Shown here: piece after piece, positions 1 through 8,915 of the stretch
Numbering within the stretch: the first letter of the stretch is position 1
How the letters are laid out: the number at the start of each line of letters is the position of its first letter
From: Kiritimatiellia bacterium
Lineage (GTDB): Bacteria; Verrucomicrobiota; Kiritimatiellia; RFP12; DVOR01
DNA length: 64,000 nt
Assembly (NCBI GenBank): GCA_031552845.1
Contig: JAVBMC010000046.1
Coordinates: 863 to 64,862 of the forward strand
Direction: 5' to 3'
Notes under the pieces: model-generated
What the model saw: only the letters and a program-made list of their open reading frames with translations
The model's database searches: none
What the model was told of the DNA's origin: nothing
Translations under genes and position numbers: made by a program

Positions 1-1090
1 GGGCTATAAATCCAAAGGGTTGACGCGTACGGTGCCGGAGCAGGTGGTTTGGACAGCACCAGAGTCGCTGGAGAGGTTGCAGCAGATTGATCTTGGATTT
101 GCGTCGTTCTATCTGCCCAAGCGGGAGTGGTATACGGTTCACGCACGGCCAACGACAAACTCTCATACGTTTGCGGTGGGGATTTATGGTGATGGAGTTG
201 AAGTATGGTGTCACACTGTTGGCATGGCGGACTCGACTACGACTGAGTTTGCGGGGCAGCTTGGAGTAGAGAAGGCTGGCTTTGTGGATATTGAACTATT
301 TCTCGCGCAAACGCCGCCGGTATCGTGGCGCGAAGTCTTCAGTTTATCAAAAGAAGAGTTCACGATGCGGCTTGTCTATTTGACGATGAAGACCACAATG
401 TGTAGTTATCATCAATATATCGCTGAAGGTCCTCATTGCCGAGGACTTGGGGGTGGCGGGACATCTAACAGTAGCGCATTGGAGTTGACGGGAAAGCTGG
501 GATCCACATCAATTGTTTTGTATCTAGGCTCTCCAGATAATAAAGTCGAGGCATTAGCCAATATCATTGGCGGCACATTTACTTTCAAGGAGGATGTGCC
601 AGCAGAAGAGACCCCACTACGGCAGGCGGCATTCGTGGAACGGGTGCGGAAAGGCGAGGGCGATGATGCGCGGTTTATTGTTTTGAATCTAAAAGCGATG
701 CCGACGTTTCCGCTGGCGGATGCTTTAAAAGCTGCGGAGAGGCTGTTGGCGGCAGAAGGAATAGAGCGGCAATGCGCTTGGGCAGATTCGATGTTGTCCC
801 GCGATGGCGATGGATGGCTCTTGCGCTATGGGCCGAACAAAGAGGAGGGGTTTGGAGTGATTGTCACACCGGATTCGGCGCGGTTGATCAAAGACAGGCA
901 TTTGGCTGTTGAGTACGTGCCGTCACAGCCGATTGAGGATGTGCTGCCATTGATTGAACAAACTCCGGAACGGTTCACCGTCAGCGTCTATTCATCATAC
1001 GGAGAAAAGTGGGAGGCGCAGGTTTATGAAAGAGGCAACGGACATCCCAACACGGTATCATTGATTTCACCGCAGGATAAAACGGAGTAG
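1..1090 (+). CDS. Membrane-anchored paralog family member (5'-partial at window edge)
   Basis: Reading frame stays open to position 2 (GYKSKG precedes TRTVPEQ); the ORF-track start at 20 is a TTG. Shares motifs with 1094..2311 and 2844..4052: PESLE.LQRIDLGFASFYLPKREWY, AAFVERVRKGEGDDARFIV, MPTFPLADALKA, DGWLLRYGP. Confidence 0.7.
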   Translation, partial: GYKSKGLTRTVPEQVVWTAPESLERLQQIDLGFASFYLPKREWYTVHARPTTNSHTFAVGIYGDGVEVWCHTVGMADSTTTEFAGQLGVEKAGFVDIELFLAQTPPVSWREVFSLSKEEFTMRLVYLTMKTTMCSYHQYIAEGPHCRGLGGGGTSNSSALELTGKLGSTSIVLYLGSPDNKVEALANIIGGTFTFKEDVPAEETPLRQAAFVERVRKGEGDDARFIVLNLKAMPTFPLADALKAAERLLAAEGIERQCAWADSMLSRDGDGWLLRYGPNKEEGFGVIVTPDSARLIKDRHLAVEYVPSQPIEDVLPLIEQTPERFTVSVYSSYGEKWEAQVYERGNGHPNTVSLISPQDKTE

Positions 1091-1093
1091 AGA

Positions 1094-2311
1094 ATGCGTA
1101 TGTGTAAATTATGGCGTGGCATTGTTTATACGGCAATTGGGATAGTCCTGCTGGTGGTGTACGCGTATTACGGGTGGCGGATTTATGCGGTGGGGAAATT
1201 GGAGCGGGCATCGCGGGGTATCACGAAGTCTGTACCGGAGCATATGATGTGGAACGCACCGGAATCGTTGGAGAATCTGCAACGGATTGATCTTGGGTTC
1301 GCGTCGTTCTATTTGCCTCAGCGGGAGTGGTATATTATCCGAGCACTACCTGCGACATATAATCCGTCTACATCTTTTCTTGTGAGTATTTATGGGGAAG
1401 GGTTTTGGGTGCAACTGCTGAACGCAAGGGTCCCAAAGGAGGTGTATGTCCCGACGTTGGGCAAGACGTTGTCTGGCGGGGCAGAGGATTCTATATGGCT
1501 CTACTCGTTGCCACCGATCTCGTTAAGGGAGTTATTCTTTTTGCCGCATGATCAGTTTGTGAGCAGGGTGGCGTGCCTAAGTGAAAAAGATAGGGCATTT
1601 GGTGAAGGTGATCAGTATATTTTTGAGGGTCCTCATTCGCGAGGATATGGAAGAGTGGAAAAAGAAAGCTGGGGGCGTGGTGCCTTGGATGTGTGTGGCA
1701 ATCAGAATCCGCTGTCGGTATTCCTTATGTTTCGCGTGCTGAAAGAAAGCGGGCTGGCTCCGGAGTCTTTGCCGACGTTGATAGGCGGTACATTTGTCGT
1801 GGCTCCTGAGGCAAACATTGAAGAGGCACAGGTAGCTCAAGCAACATTTGTAGAGCGGGTGCGCAAGGGTGAAGGGGATGATGCGAGATTTATTGTTATG
1901 AATGAACGAACGATGCCGACGTTTCCGTTGGCGGATGCGTTAAAGGCTGGGAGAAAAGCCTTGCCGCCAGAATTGGCGGGGTTGCCATGTGTGAGCGCGC
2001 GTTCGGTGTTGTGCCGCGAGGATGACGGATGGTTCTTGGAGTATGGGAGTACTGTAGAGGGGAGGCAGGCGGTATTGGTGTCCTCAGAGGTGACGAAACT
2101 GATTAAGATAGTTTATTCCACGACGGAAGGTGTGCCGATTTGCCCAATGGAACAAATTGAATCGTTGCTTCAGCAGCAGCCCGATCGTTTTAAAACACGC
2201 GTGGAATGGCGTAATAACGAATGGAGGGCGTTGGGGTATTATACTGCCGATGGTGGGTTTAGCAGCATCAAGGAAGTTTTAGTGCCGACGCCATCTTCCC
2301 CCAGCCCTTAA
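1094..2311 (+). CDS. Membrane-anchored paralog family member B (unknown function)
   Basis: 405 aa with an N-terminal TM helix (IVYTAIGIVLLVVYAYYGW); alignable along its whole length with the other two copies. Confidence 0.75.
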   Translation: MRMCKLWRGIVYTAIGIVLLVVYAYYGWRIYAVGKLERASRGITKSVPEHMMWNAPESLENLQRIDLGFASFYLPQREWYIIRALPATYNPSTSFLVSIYGEGFWVQLLNARVPKEVYVPTLGKTLSGGAEDSIWLYSLPPISLRELFFLPHDQFVSRVACLSEKDRAFGEGDQYIFEGPHSRGYGRVEKESWGRGALDVCGNQNPLSVFLMFRVLKESGLAPESLPTLIGGTFVVAPEANIEEAQVAQATFVERVRKGEGDDARFIVMNERTMPTFPLADALKAGRKALPPELAGLPCVSARSVLCREDDGWFLEYGSTVEGRQAVLVSSEVTKLIKIVYSTTEGVPICPMEQIESLLQQQPDRFKTRVEWRNNEWRALGYYTADGGFSSIKEVLVPTPSSPSP

Positions 2312-2381
2312 GTTGTATAAGTCTGACTCTTGCCGTGATTTTGCTTATTAGACAGCTAACAGTTAGCATAAAAGGATAAGA

Positions 2382-2834
2382 ATGAAGTACCATTTAATTT
2401 CTGTGAGGGATTGTCCTGAATATCTTGAGCGTGCGGCGGAGTATTTTTCAGCGAAGTGGGATGTTGGCTACAGGGTTTATTTTGACAGCATCAAGCACAG
2501 TATCACTACGCCGAGTCCGCTGCCGCGGTGGTATCTGTTGGTGAATGATGGTGATGAGATTGTCGGCTGTTATAGTTTGGTCACAAATGATTTTAACAGC
2601 AGGCAGGATTTGTGGCCGTGGTTTTGTGCGTTGTATGTCGAGGAATCTGCGCGCGGGCAGAAGCTCGGGTCCATGATGCTTGAGCATGGTAAATGTGAGG
2701 CGAAGAAACTCGGCTTTGACACGGTGTATCTGGCGACTGATCTCGTGGGCTACTATGAAAAGTATGGCTTTACTTATCTGGCGCAGTGTTACGGGCTCGA
2801 TAATGAACAGCGTGTGTATGTGGCAACAGTCTGA
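2382..2834 (+). CDS. GNAT family N-acetyltransferase
   Basis: 150 aa. Acetyl-CoA binding-like core (CALYVEESARGQKLGSMMLEHGKCEAKKLGFDTVYLAT..YYEKYGF). RBS AAAGGATAAG precedes the ATG. Confidence 0.75.
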   Translation: MKYHLISVRDCPEYLERAAEYFSAKWDVGYRVYFDSIKHSITTPSPLPRWYLLVNDGDEIVGCYSLVTNDFNSRQDLWPWFCALYVEESARGQKLGSMMLEHGKCEAKKLGFDTVYLATDLVGYYEKYGFTYLAQCYGLDNEQRVYVATV

Positions 2835-2843
2835 GATTTAATT

Positions 2844-4052
2844 ATGCAAAAGAAGTTAGGACGAATCATCTTGTACGTAGTGGTGGGAGTATCACTGTTG
2901 TTGACGTGCGCGTATTATGGGTGGCGGATTTATGCGGTGGAAAAATTAGCGAGGGCATCGCAGGGCATCACGAAGTCTGTGCCGGAGCATGTGGTATGGA
3001 GCGAGCCGGTGTCGAAGGAAGGATTGCAGCGGATTGATGTAGGATTCGCTTCGTTCTGCGTGCCGAAGCGGGAGTGGTATACTGTGTACGCCAAATCGGT
3101 GAAGGAGCCGCCGCATTGGTTTGATGTCAGTATTTTTGGCGCTGATTTTATGGTACACTTGATGAATGTTTGGGTGCCGGAGCAGGGAGCTCTTGAAGTG
3201 CCAGGCGGGGTGATTGGCGATGGAGTGAGAGATTTTATGCAGCTTTATCAGACGCCGCCGTTGTCATGGCGGGAGATATTTTGTTTGTCGAATAGGGAGT
3301 TTCTGACACGGGTGAGTTGGCTAACGTTAAGGACTGAAGCGTGGATGCCCAATGGGACTACTTTTACGGGACCTTATTGCGAGGGAACGTTTGAAGTTTC
3401 CCCCTGGACGTCGGATGGCGGGTTGCTTGAGATTGGCGGGCTTCAGAAACCGACATCAATGACGATGGCATTTTATTGCTTGGAGGAAGGAGCTTTGCGT
3501 CCGGAATCGTTTGCAGAGTTGTTGGGGAGTACGTTTGTTTTTAATGACGAAGTGGACGTTTCTGATAAGCGGGTGCTGCAGGCGGCATTCGTCGAGCGGG
3601 TGCTGAAGGGCGAGGGCGATGATGCACGGTTTATTATGATGAACGTAAAGGCGATGCCGGTATTTCCGCTGGCGGATGCGTTGAAGGCGGCGAAGAAGTT
3701 GTTGGCGGCTGAGGGATTGGAGCGCCCATGCGTTTCGGCGAGTTCGACGTTATGCCGAGAGAGTGATGGTTGGCTGTTGAGATATGGACCAACCAAGGAA
3801 GAGGGATTCGCAGTGCTCGTGACGCCGGATTCGGTGCAGTTAATCAAAGATGCCTTTCTGGCCGACGAGGGCGTTCCTGCCCAGCCGATCGAAGAGGTGC
3901 TGCCATTGACCAAGCAAACCCCAGAACGCTTCGCTGTTGGCGTACGTTGGTATGGGGGGAAGTGGGATGCAAGGGTTTACGAGGCTGGCAATTGTGATCT
4001 GGGTTATGTGTCATTGGAGACTCTGCAGGAGTCGGCGGCGTCAACTCCCTAA
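2844..4052 (+). CDS. Membrane-anchored paralog family member C (unknown function)
   Basis: 402 aa with N-terminal TM (IILYVVVGVSLLLTCAYYGWRIYAV) and the same conserved blocks as copies A and B. The 3' flank CCTAAGTTGTGTAAGTTTGATT is nearly identical to the 3' flank of copy B. Confidence 0.75.
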   Translation: MQKKLGRIILYVVVGVSLLLTCAYYGWRIYAVEKLARASQGITKSVPEHVVWSEPVSKEGLQRIDVGFASFCVPKREWYTVYAKSVKEPPHWFDVSIFGADFMVHLMNVWVPEQGALEVPGGVIGDGVRDFMQLYQTPPLSWREIFCLSNREFLTRVSWLTLRTEAWMPNGTTFTGPYCEGTFEVSPWTSDGGLLEIGGLQKPTSMTMAFYCLEEGALRPESFAELLGSTFVFNDEVDVSDKRVLQAAFVERVLKGEGDDARFIMMNVKAMPVFPLADALKAAKKLLAAEGLERPCVSASSTLCRESDGWLLRYGPTKEEGFAVLVTPDSVQLIKDAFLADEGVPAQPIEEVLPLTKQTPERFAVGVRWYGGKWDARVYEAGNCDLGYVSLETLQESAASTP

Positions 4053-4183
4053 GTTGTGTAAGTTTGATTTTGGTGAAGGGGTTTTGGCTTGCGGTGGTCG
4101 GTAGGTTATGTTATAACTATATAACTGTTGCGGGCGTCCCTGCGGAAGTAGGGCGTGGATAACATCTGTCAGAAGGAGCCGGT

Positions 4184-7100
4184 ATGAAGCGGGTCATTGT
4201 TTTGGCGTGGGTGTGTGCGTGGTCAATGTTGGGGTTTGCGGAGGCGTTGAATGTCAGCGGCTTTACGCGGAAAATGAATATTACATTCAGCGGCTGTGCG
4301 AATGAGTCAGTGCCGTTGACTAATTTTCCGGCACTCGTTGAGTTTCCTGTGGGGTTTGATTACAGCGGGTTTATGTCGGCAAATGGCGACGATTTACGGT
4401 TTGCAGATGTAGCGGGCAATGAGCTGAGTTATGAGATCGATACGTGGGACACGAGCGGCCGGTCGTTGGTCTGGGTGCGGGTGCCGGAGTTGGTGAAGGA
4501 TACGGTGATTACGGTGTATTGGGGTAAGCCTTTGCCTGCACCGGTGTATGAAGATGATGCCAATGTCTGGTCGAGTGGTTATTTGGCGGTGTATCATTTC
4601 TCGGCAGGGCGGGAGATGAAGGATTCGTCGCGCTATGGAAATGATTTGACGACGAAGGTGGGCGTCACGCAGGGTGCCGGAGGTTTGTTGGGCGCGGCAC
4701 CGCAGTTTGCAACGGCACCGACGGGAGCCAAGGGGCATTATTATTCGGCACCGCATTCGGATTCTCTGGGGGCAGCTTCGAAGGAGTTGACGCTGGAGGG
4801 GTGGACGTTTGACACGAATGCAACATCGCAGAATGATTGGCACCGGACAATGGTGACAAAGCGTAAAGATGCAAATACAGCGGTCGAATATGGGTTTGGG
4901 CTATTTAAGCTGGGGTCAACTACGGCGTCTGCGAATCTGAAGTGGAATCACAACAGCGGATCAACTCGAACGGGTTTTGCGGAGGGGTCGGCTGTGAATC
5001 AGTGGGTGCATATCGCCAGTACGTTTAATGCTGAGGCGGCGGAGCCGCGCGCGAGTCTGTATGTTAATGGTGCGTTGCTGAAGACGGGGAACAATGCCGC
5101 GACGACCATTCCTCAGACCACGATGTCGCCGTTGTATATCGGTGTGCTGGATCCGGCTGCAGCGGGGTGCTGGGTGGGCCAGCTGGATGAGATTAGGATT
5201 TCGAACGTCGCGCGTTCGGCGGAGTGGATGGCAGCAACAGCGCAGACGGCGAAGTCTCCTGCAGCGTTTGCGGTTAACTCGACTGTGGAGATAGTTGTCA
5301 CGGAGGAGCCTGTCGCGGAGATTATGTTGATTGATGTCCTGCCGGAAGGGGTTTCGCTGAATGGCGTGTTGGGAGCAGATGGTGGTGCGGCGACTTCGTT
5401 GAAGCTGTGCTATGGGCGAATCAATGGCGGCGAAACGCTTGCCGAGTGGGAGGGGGTTGAGGACTTGGGCGTACAGCCGATTGGTGTATTCTCAACTATG
5501 ATTGAGCAGTCCGAGTTGCGGTATGACAAACAGTATTACTGCCGTTTGTATGCGGAGAATGCGAATAGTGTTGCGGTGTGGAGTCCTGTAAAGACGTTTG
5601 TGACATGGGGTGTGCCGGTTCTGTCCGATATGTTCGCCTATGGCACGCAAACGGCGATCGAGACGGGCATCACGCTGACGGACTTGGGTGCAGCCCCGTC
5701 GGTGACGGTAAAGTTATATTGGGGCACTGCGTCTGATGATCTTGAGTTGATTCAGAGCTGGCCGGACTTGACGGCTGCTCAGGAACTGACGTTTTCCCCC
5801 CCGGATGTTGTTCAGGATGTCGCTTACTATTGTCAGTTTACGGTAGAGGGTTTGTTGCCGGGCGATGATGAGGTGACGGTTGTGGCGTCAGAAGTGTTGG
5901 AGGCTTCAGTCCTGCAGGGCAAGCATGGCGTGTGGACTTCGGCGCTGGATGGTAATTGGATCGATGTGGCGAATTGGCAGGATGGAATCATCGCGACAGG
6001 GGCAACGTATACGGCGACGATTTCTGCGGATCTCACTGCGAATCGTGTTATCACGTTGGGCGGAGGCGGGTGGACGGTTGGACATCTCGCGGCGAGCAAT
6101 ACGTCGGCAACGGTCGTCAATCGTTCGTGGACATTGGCCGCGCCAACTCAAGAATTCATAACGTATGATGCGGGCGGCCAGCCGAGTATTGTTGATGTGG
6201 GCAGCAATACGGTTCTTATTTCGGGCATCTTTACCGCCAAGAATGACATCATCAAACGCGGCCCCGGTATTTTCCGTTTGGTCAGCCGCAATAATGGTAT
6301 AGTGGCGCGGTTCCTAAACACAATTTGGGTGGAGGAAGGAACCTTTGGAATTAACGAACCTTTCTGTTTGGAGGGGATGACTGTAGCACTAGGCGGGGCG
6401 GATGAATCTGTGACGGTCAATTCAACCGAGAATTCGTTGACGGGAACGCTTGGGCAAGAAGCGAACACTACCGGGTTACGTAATGGCGGGAAAATCAAAG
6501 TGCTTGCGGGAGGCTCCGGCAAGATTGAGTTCCGATACTACTCATCTCCAAATGACGTGCTCTATTGGCCGCCTATTGAACTGGGCAAGACCGTGCATGT
6601 GCATACGGAATCAGCTAACACCTTCTCATTGGGCGGGCGCATCAGCGGCGCAGGTGGGTTTTATAAGACGGGGGCGGGGAAGTTTTTTCTCTACAACAAT
6701 CAGAACAGTTTCAGCGGCCCGATTACGGTGTCACAAGGTTCGTTGTTGGTCTGGATTTACGGTAGTGCAATTCCTGCCGGCAAGCGGATAGTTCTCGGTG
6801 ATGAAAGCACGGGTAACTCTGCGGTTTATTTCCAAGTGTCCGGCGATACATCGGTTGGCAGTGATCGTACGTTTGTATTTACGGATACTGGGAGCACCGG
6901 CGGGGCGGGCTTTGCTAAATGCTGGGGGCATACGGGAGATTCCGCTATTCAAGGTGCTGTTCAGATTGATAGGAATATTACGATTGCGAATGCGACCGAC
7001 ACCAGTAGACATACGTATGCATTTGCCGGCGTGATTTCGGGCGTTGGTAGAGTAGCTTATACATCGGATGTCGCAAAGGCGGCTACGATTACGCTGTCCG

Positions 7101-7513
7101 GACGCAATACGTACGAGGGCGGTTCGATCATCAACAGCGGCACGGTGATTGTCTCAAACAATGGTTGTCTGGGCACGGGCGATGTGACGTTGACACACAC
7201 CAATTCAACTTTGAAGCTGAGTACCAGTGCCGAGAGCAACAATGCTGACTTCAATGGCATTTCTGATACTGCAACTCTAAGCATGATAGCCGGCAGCAAG
7301 ATTGATTTCTCCGGCATTGCAGGCGAAGATAAGAAACTGGTTGCTGAGAACGTCGGCAAGTTCTATCTTGATGGTAAGTTGATGTTCCGCGGCACGTATG
7401 GTGCGACAGGGAGCGGCGCACGTTATATCAATGATGATTTGTTTGTTGGTGCGGCGGGGGTTCTGCAGGTAACTGATGGTCCTGCTCCGGAAACAATCTT
7501 GTTTGTGCAATAA
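4184..7513 (+). CDS. Large secreted protein: DUF2341-like N-terminal domain, LamG/concanavalin-like domain and beta-helix/autotransporter-associated repeat region
   Basis: Signal peptide MKRVIVLAWVCAWSMLGFAEA. DUF2341-like block FPALVEFPVGFDYSGFMSANGDDLRFADVAGNEL..SLVWVRVPEL. LamG-like block LDEIRISNVARSAEWM. The C-terminal half is Gly/Thr/Asn-rich beta-strand repeats. Strong RBS GAAGGAG. The last ~50 aa are paralogous to the C-terminus of 8916..10613. Confidence 0.8.
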   Translation: MKRVIVLAWVCAWSMLGFAEALNVSGFTRKMNITFSGCANESVPLTNFPALVEFPVGFDYSGFMSANGDDLRFADVAGNELSYEIDTWDTSGRSLVWVRVPELVKDTVITVYWGKPLPAPVYEDDANVWSSGYLAVYHFSAGREMKDSSRYGNDLTTKVGVTQGAGGLLGAAPQFATAPTGAKGHYYSAPHSDSLGAASKELTLEGWTFDTNATSQNDWHRTMVTKRKDANTAVEYGFGLFKLGSTTASANLKWNHNSGSTRTGFAEGSAVNQWVHIASTFNAEAAEPRASLYVNGALLKTGNNAATTIPQTTMSPLYIGVLDPAAAGCWVGQLDEIRISNVARSAEWMAATAQTAKSPAAFAVNSTVEIVVTEEPVAEIMLIDVLPEGVSLNGVLGADGGAATSLKLCYGRINGGETLAEWEGVEDLGVQPIGVFSTMIEQSELRYDKQYYCRLYAENANSVAVWSPVKTFVTWGVPVLSDMFAYGTQTAIETGITLTDLGAAPSVTVKLYWGTASDDLELIQSWPDLTAAQELTFSPPDVVQDVAYYCQFTVEGLLPGDDEVTVVASEVLEASVLQGKHGVWTSALDGNWIDVANWQDGIIATGATYTATISADLTANRVITLGGGGWTVGHLAASNTSATVVNRSWTLAAPTQEFITYDAGGQPSIVDVGSNTVLISGIFTAKNDIIKRGPGIFRLVSRNNGIVARFLNTIWVEEGTFGINEPFCLEGMTVALGGADESVTVNSTENSLTGTLGQEANTTGLRNGGKIKVLAGGSGKIEFRYYSSPNDVLYWPPIELGKTVHVHTESANTFSLGGRISGAGGFYKTGAGKFFLYNNQNSFSGPITVSQGSLLVWIYGSAIPAGKRIVLGDESTGNSAVYFQVSGDTSVGSDRTFVFTDTGSTGGAGFAKCWGHTGDSAIQGAVQIDRNITIANATDTSRHTYAFAGVISGVGRVAYTSDVAKAATITLSGRNTYEGGSIINSGTVIVSNNGCLGTGDVTLTHTNSTLKLSTSAESNNADFNGISDTATLSMIAGSKIDFSGIAGEDKKLVAENVGKFYLDGKLMFRGTYGATGSGARYINDDLFVGAAGVLQVTDGPAPETILFVQ

Positions 7514-7613
7514 TAACAGAATGGATGTAAGGGAGGGATGAGGCAAATCAGCAACGGGCCTTCGCCCGAAACCGTGCTGATGGTGAATTAAGCAAGAAGG
7601 GTTGGGGGCAGTT

Positions 7614-7650
7614 GCCGTCATGGTGCCTGCCCCTTTTTATTTCCACTCGA
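7614..7650 (+). terminator. Rho-independent terminator candidate
   Basis: GGGGCAG..(loop)..CTGCCCC followed by TTTTTATTT, downstream of the 4184..7513 gene. Confidence 0.5.
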
Positions 7651-7807
7651 TTCGTGCGGAAACTCTGAGCCTCATCGCAGAACGCCAATAGAAAATCGCA
7701 GGTAACAAGCGGGAAAGAGGAGGCAGTGTTTGAACTTTTCCAACTTGAGGCTTTCTTTTTGCTTTACAAGTGGACTAAAATGGTCTACATTGGACTTGTT
7801 TTAGTTT

Positions 7808-8902
7808 ATGAGGGGTAAGGTTGTGCGTTTTTCCAGCAGGCAGTTAGAGCATGAGTTTAGGAGGCGGATTGTGACCGGCGTCTATTTGCCGGGTGAGCGG
7901 ATTCCGGCGGAGCGCAATGTTGCAGAGGAGTTTGCGTGCAGCCGGGGGACTGTGTCGAAGGTGATGGCGGCGTTGGTGGCTGATGGGTTGTTGGAACAGG
8001 TGCAGGGGGCGGGAGCTTTTGTGACGGAGGCTGCGGGGCGGCCGCAGAGGTGTGAGCCGGTGGTTGCGCAGGGAGAGGGAAAGGTGATTCATTATTTGAG
8101 TCCTGCGGTGGATGGGCGGGTGGTGAATTCTCGGAACTGCGTACTGGAGGGGTTGCATGAGGTGTTAGTGCCTCAAGGGTATACGGTGGCGGTCAGTTTT
8201 TATGGGAGCGGGAAGGAGTATGCGGCGGCGATGGGGCGGCTGCAGAGTGCGGGGGCGGCGGGGGCGGTGATTTGGGCGCAGCCGGATCAGCAGGGGGTGG
8301 CGGTGTTGAAGCGGCTATTGAGTAGCGGGTTGCCTGTGGTTTTGATTGATACGTATCTGCCGGAGGTGGCGTGTGATTGGGTGGTGTCGGATAATGCAAG
8401 GGGTGCCGAGGCGATGGTGGGGCATTTGGCGGCGCGGGGGCATCGGGAGATTTGTTATTTGACGGCGGCACCGGATCGATCGTCGGTGAGTGACCGTTTG
8501 GCGGGTTTTTTGCGCGGGATGGTGGCGAATCGATTGCCTGTCGAGGCGGCTTCGGTGGTGGAGGTTGCGGGGGGCGAACTGGCGACTAGGCTGGCGGCTG
8601 TTTTGCAGCGGCGGAAACGCCCGACGGCGTTGATGGCGTCGCATGATGTATTGGCAATTGAGGTGTTGGAGTTTCTGAAGCGCAAGGGGATCTGCGTGCC
8701 GCAGGAGATGGCTGTAGCGGGGTTTGATGGGATTGAGTCGGGTACGTTGACGTCGCCGGCATTGACGACGTTGAAGCAGGATTTTAGGGCGATGGCTGTG
8801 CATGCCGCGAATATTTTGCCGGAGCGTTTGAATGGATTGCCGCCGCAGATTGTTGTGCAGCGGATGATTCAACCGCGCTTGGTGATACGTCGATCTACAT
8901 GA
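7808..8902 (+). CDS. GntR-family transcriptional regulator with LacI/PBP-type sugar-binding C-terminal domain
   Basis: N-terminal wHTH (RIPAERNVAEEFACSRGTVSKVMAALVADGLLEQVQGAGAFV). C-terminal periplasmic-binding-protein fold motifs (LPVVLIDTY, GHREICYL, VAGFDGIE..LTTLKQD). Confidence 0.8.
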   Translation: MRGKVVRFSSRQLEHEFRRRIVTGVYLPGERIPAERNVAEEFACSRGTVSKVMAALVADGLLEQVQGAGAFVTEAAGRPQRCEPVVAQGEGKVIHYLSPAVDGRVVNSRNCVLEGLHEVLVPQGYTVAVSFYGSGKEYAAAMGRLQSAGAAGAVIWAQPDQQGVAVLKRLLSSGLPVVLIDTYLPEVACDWVVSDNARGAEAMVGHLAARGHREICYLTAAPDRSSVSDRLAGFLRGMVANRLPVEAASVVEVAGGELATRLAAVLQRRKRPTALMASHDVLAIEVLEFLKRKGICVPQEMAVAGFDGIESGTLTSPALTTLKQDFRAMAVHAANILPERLNGLPPQIVVQRMIQPRLVIRRST

Positions 8903-8915
8903 AGGAGTAGTGAGT

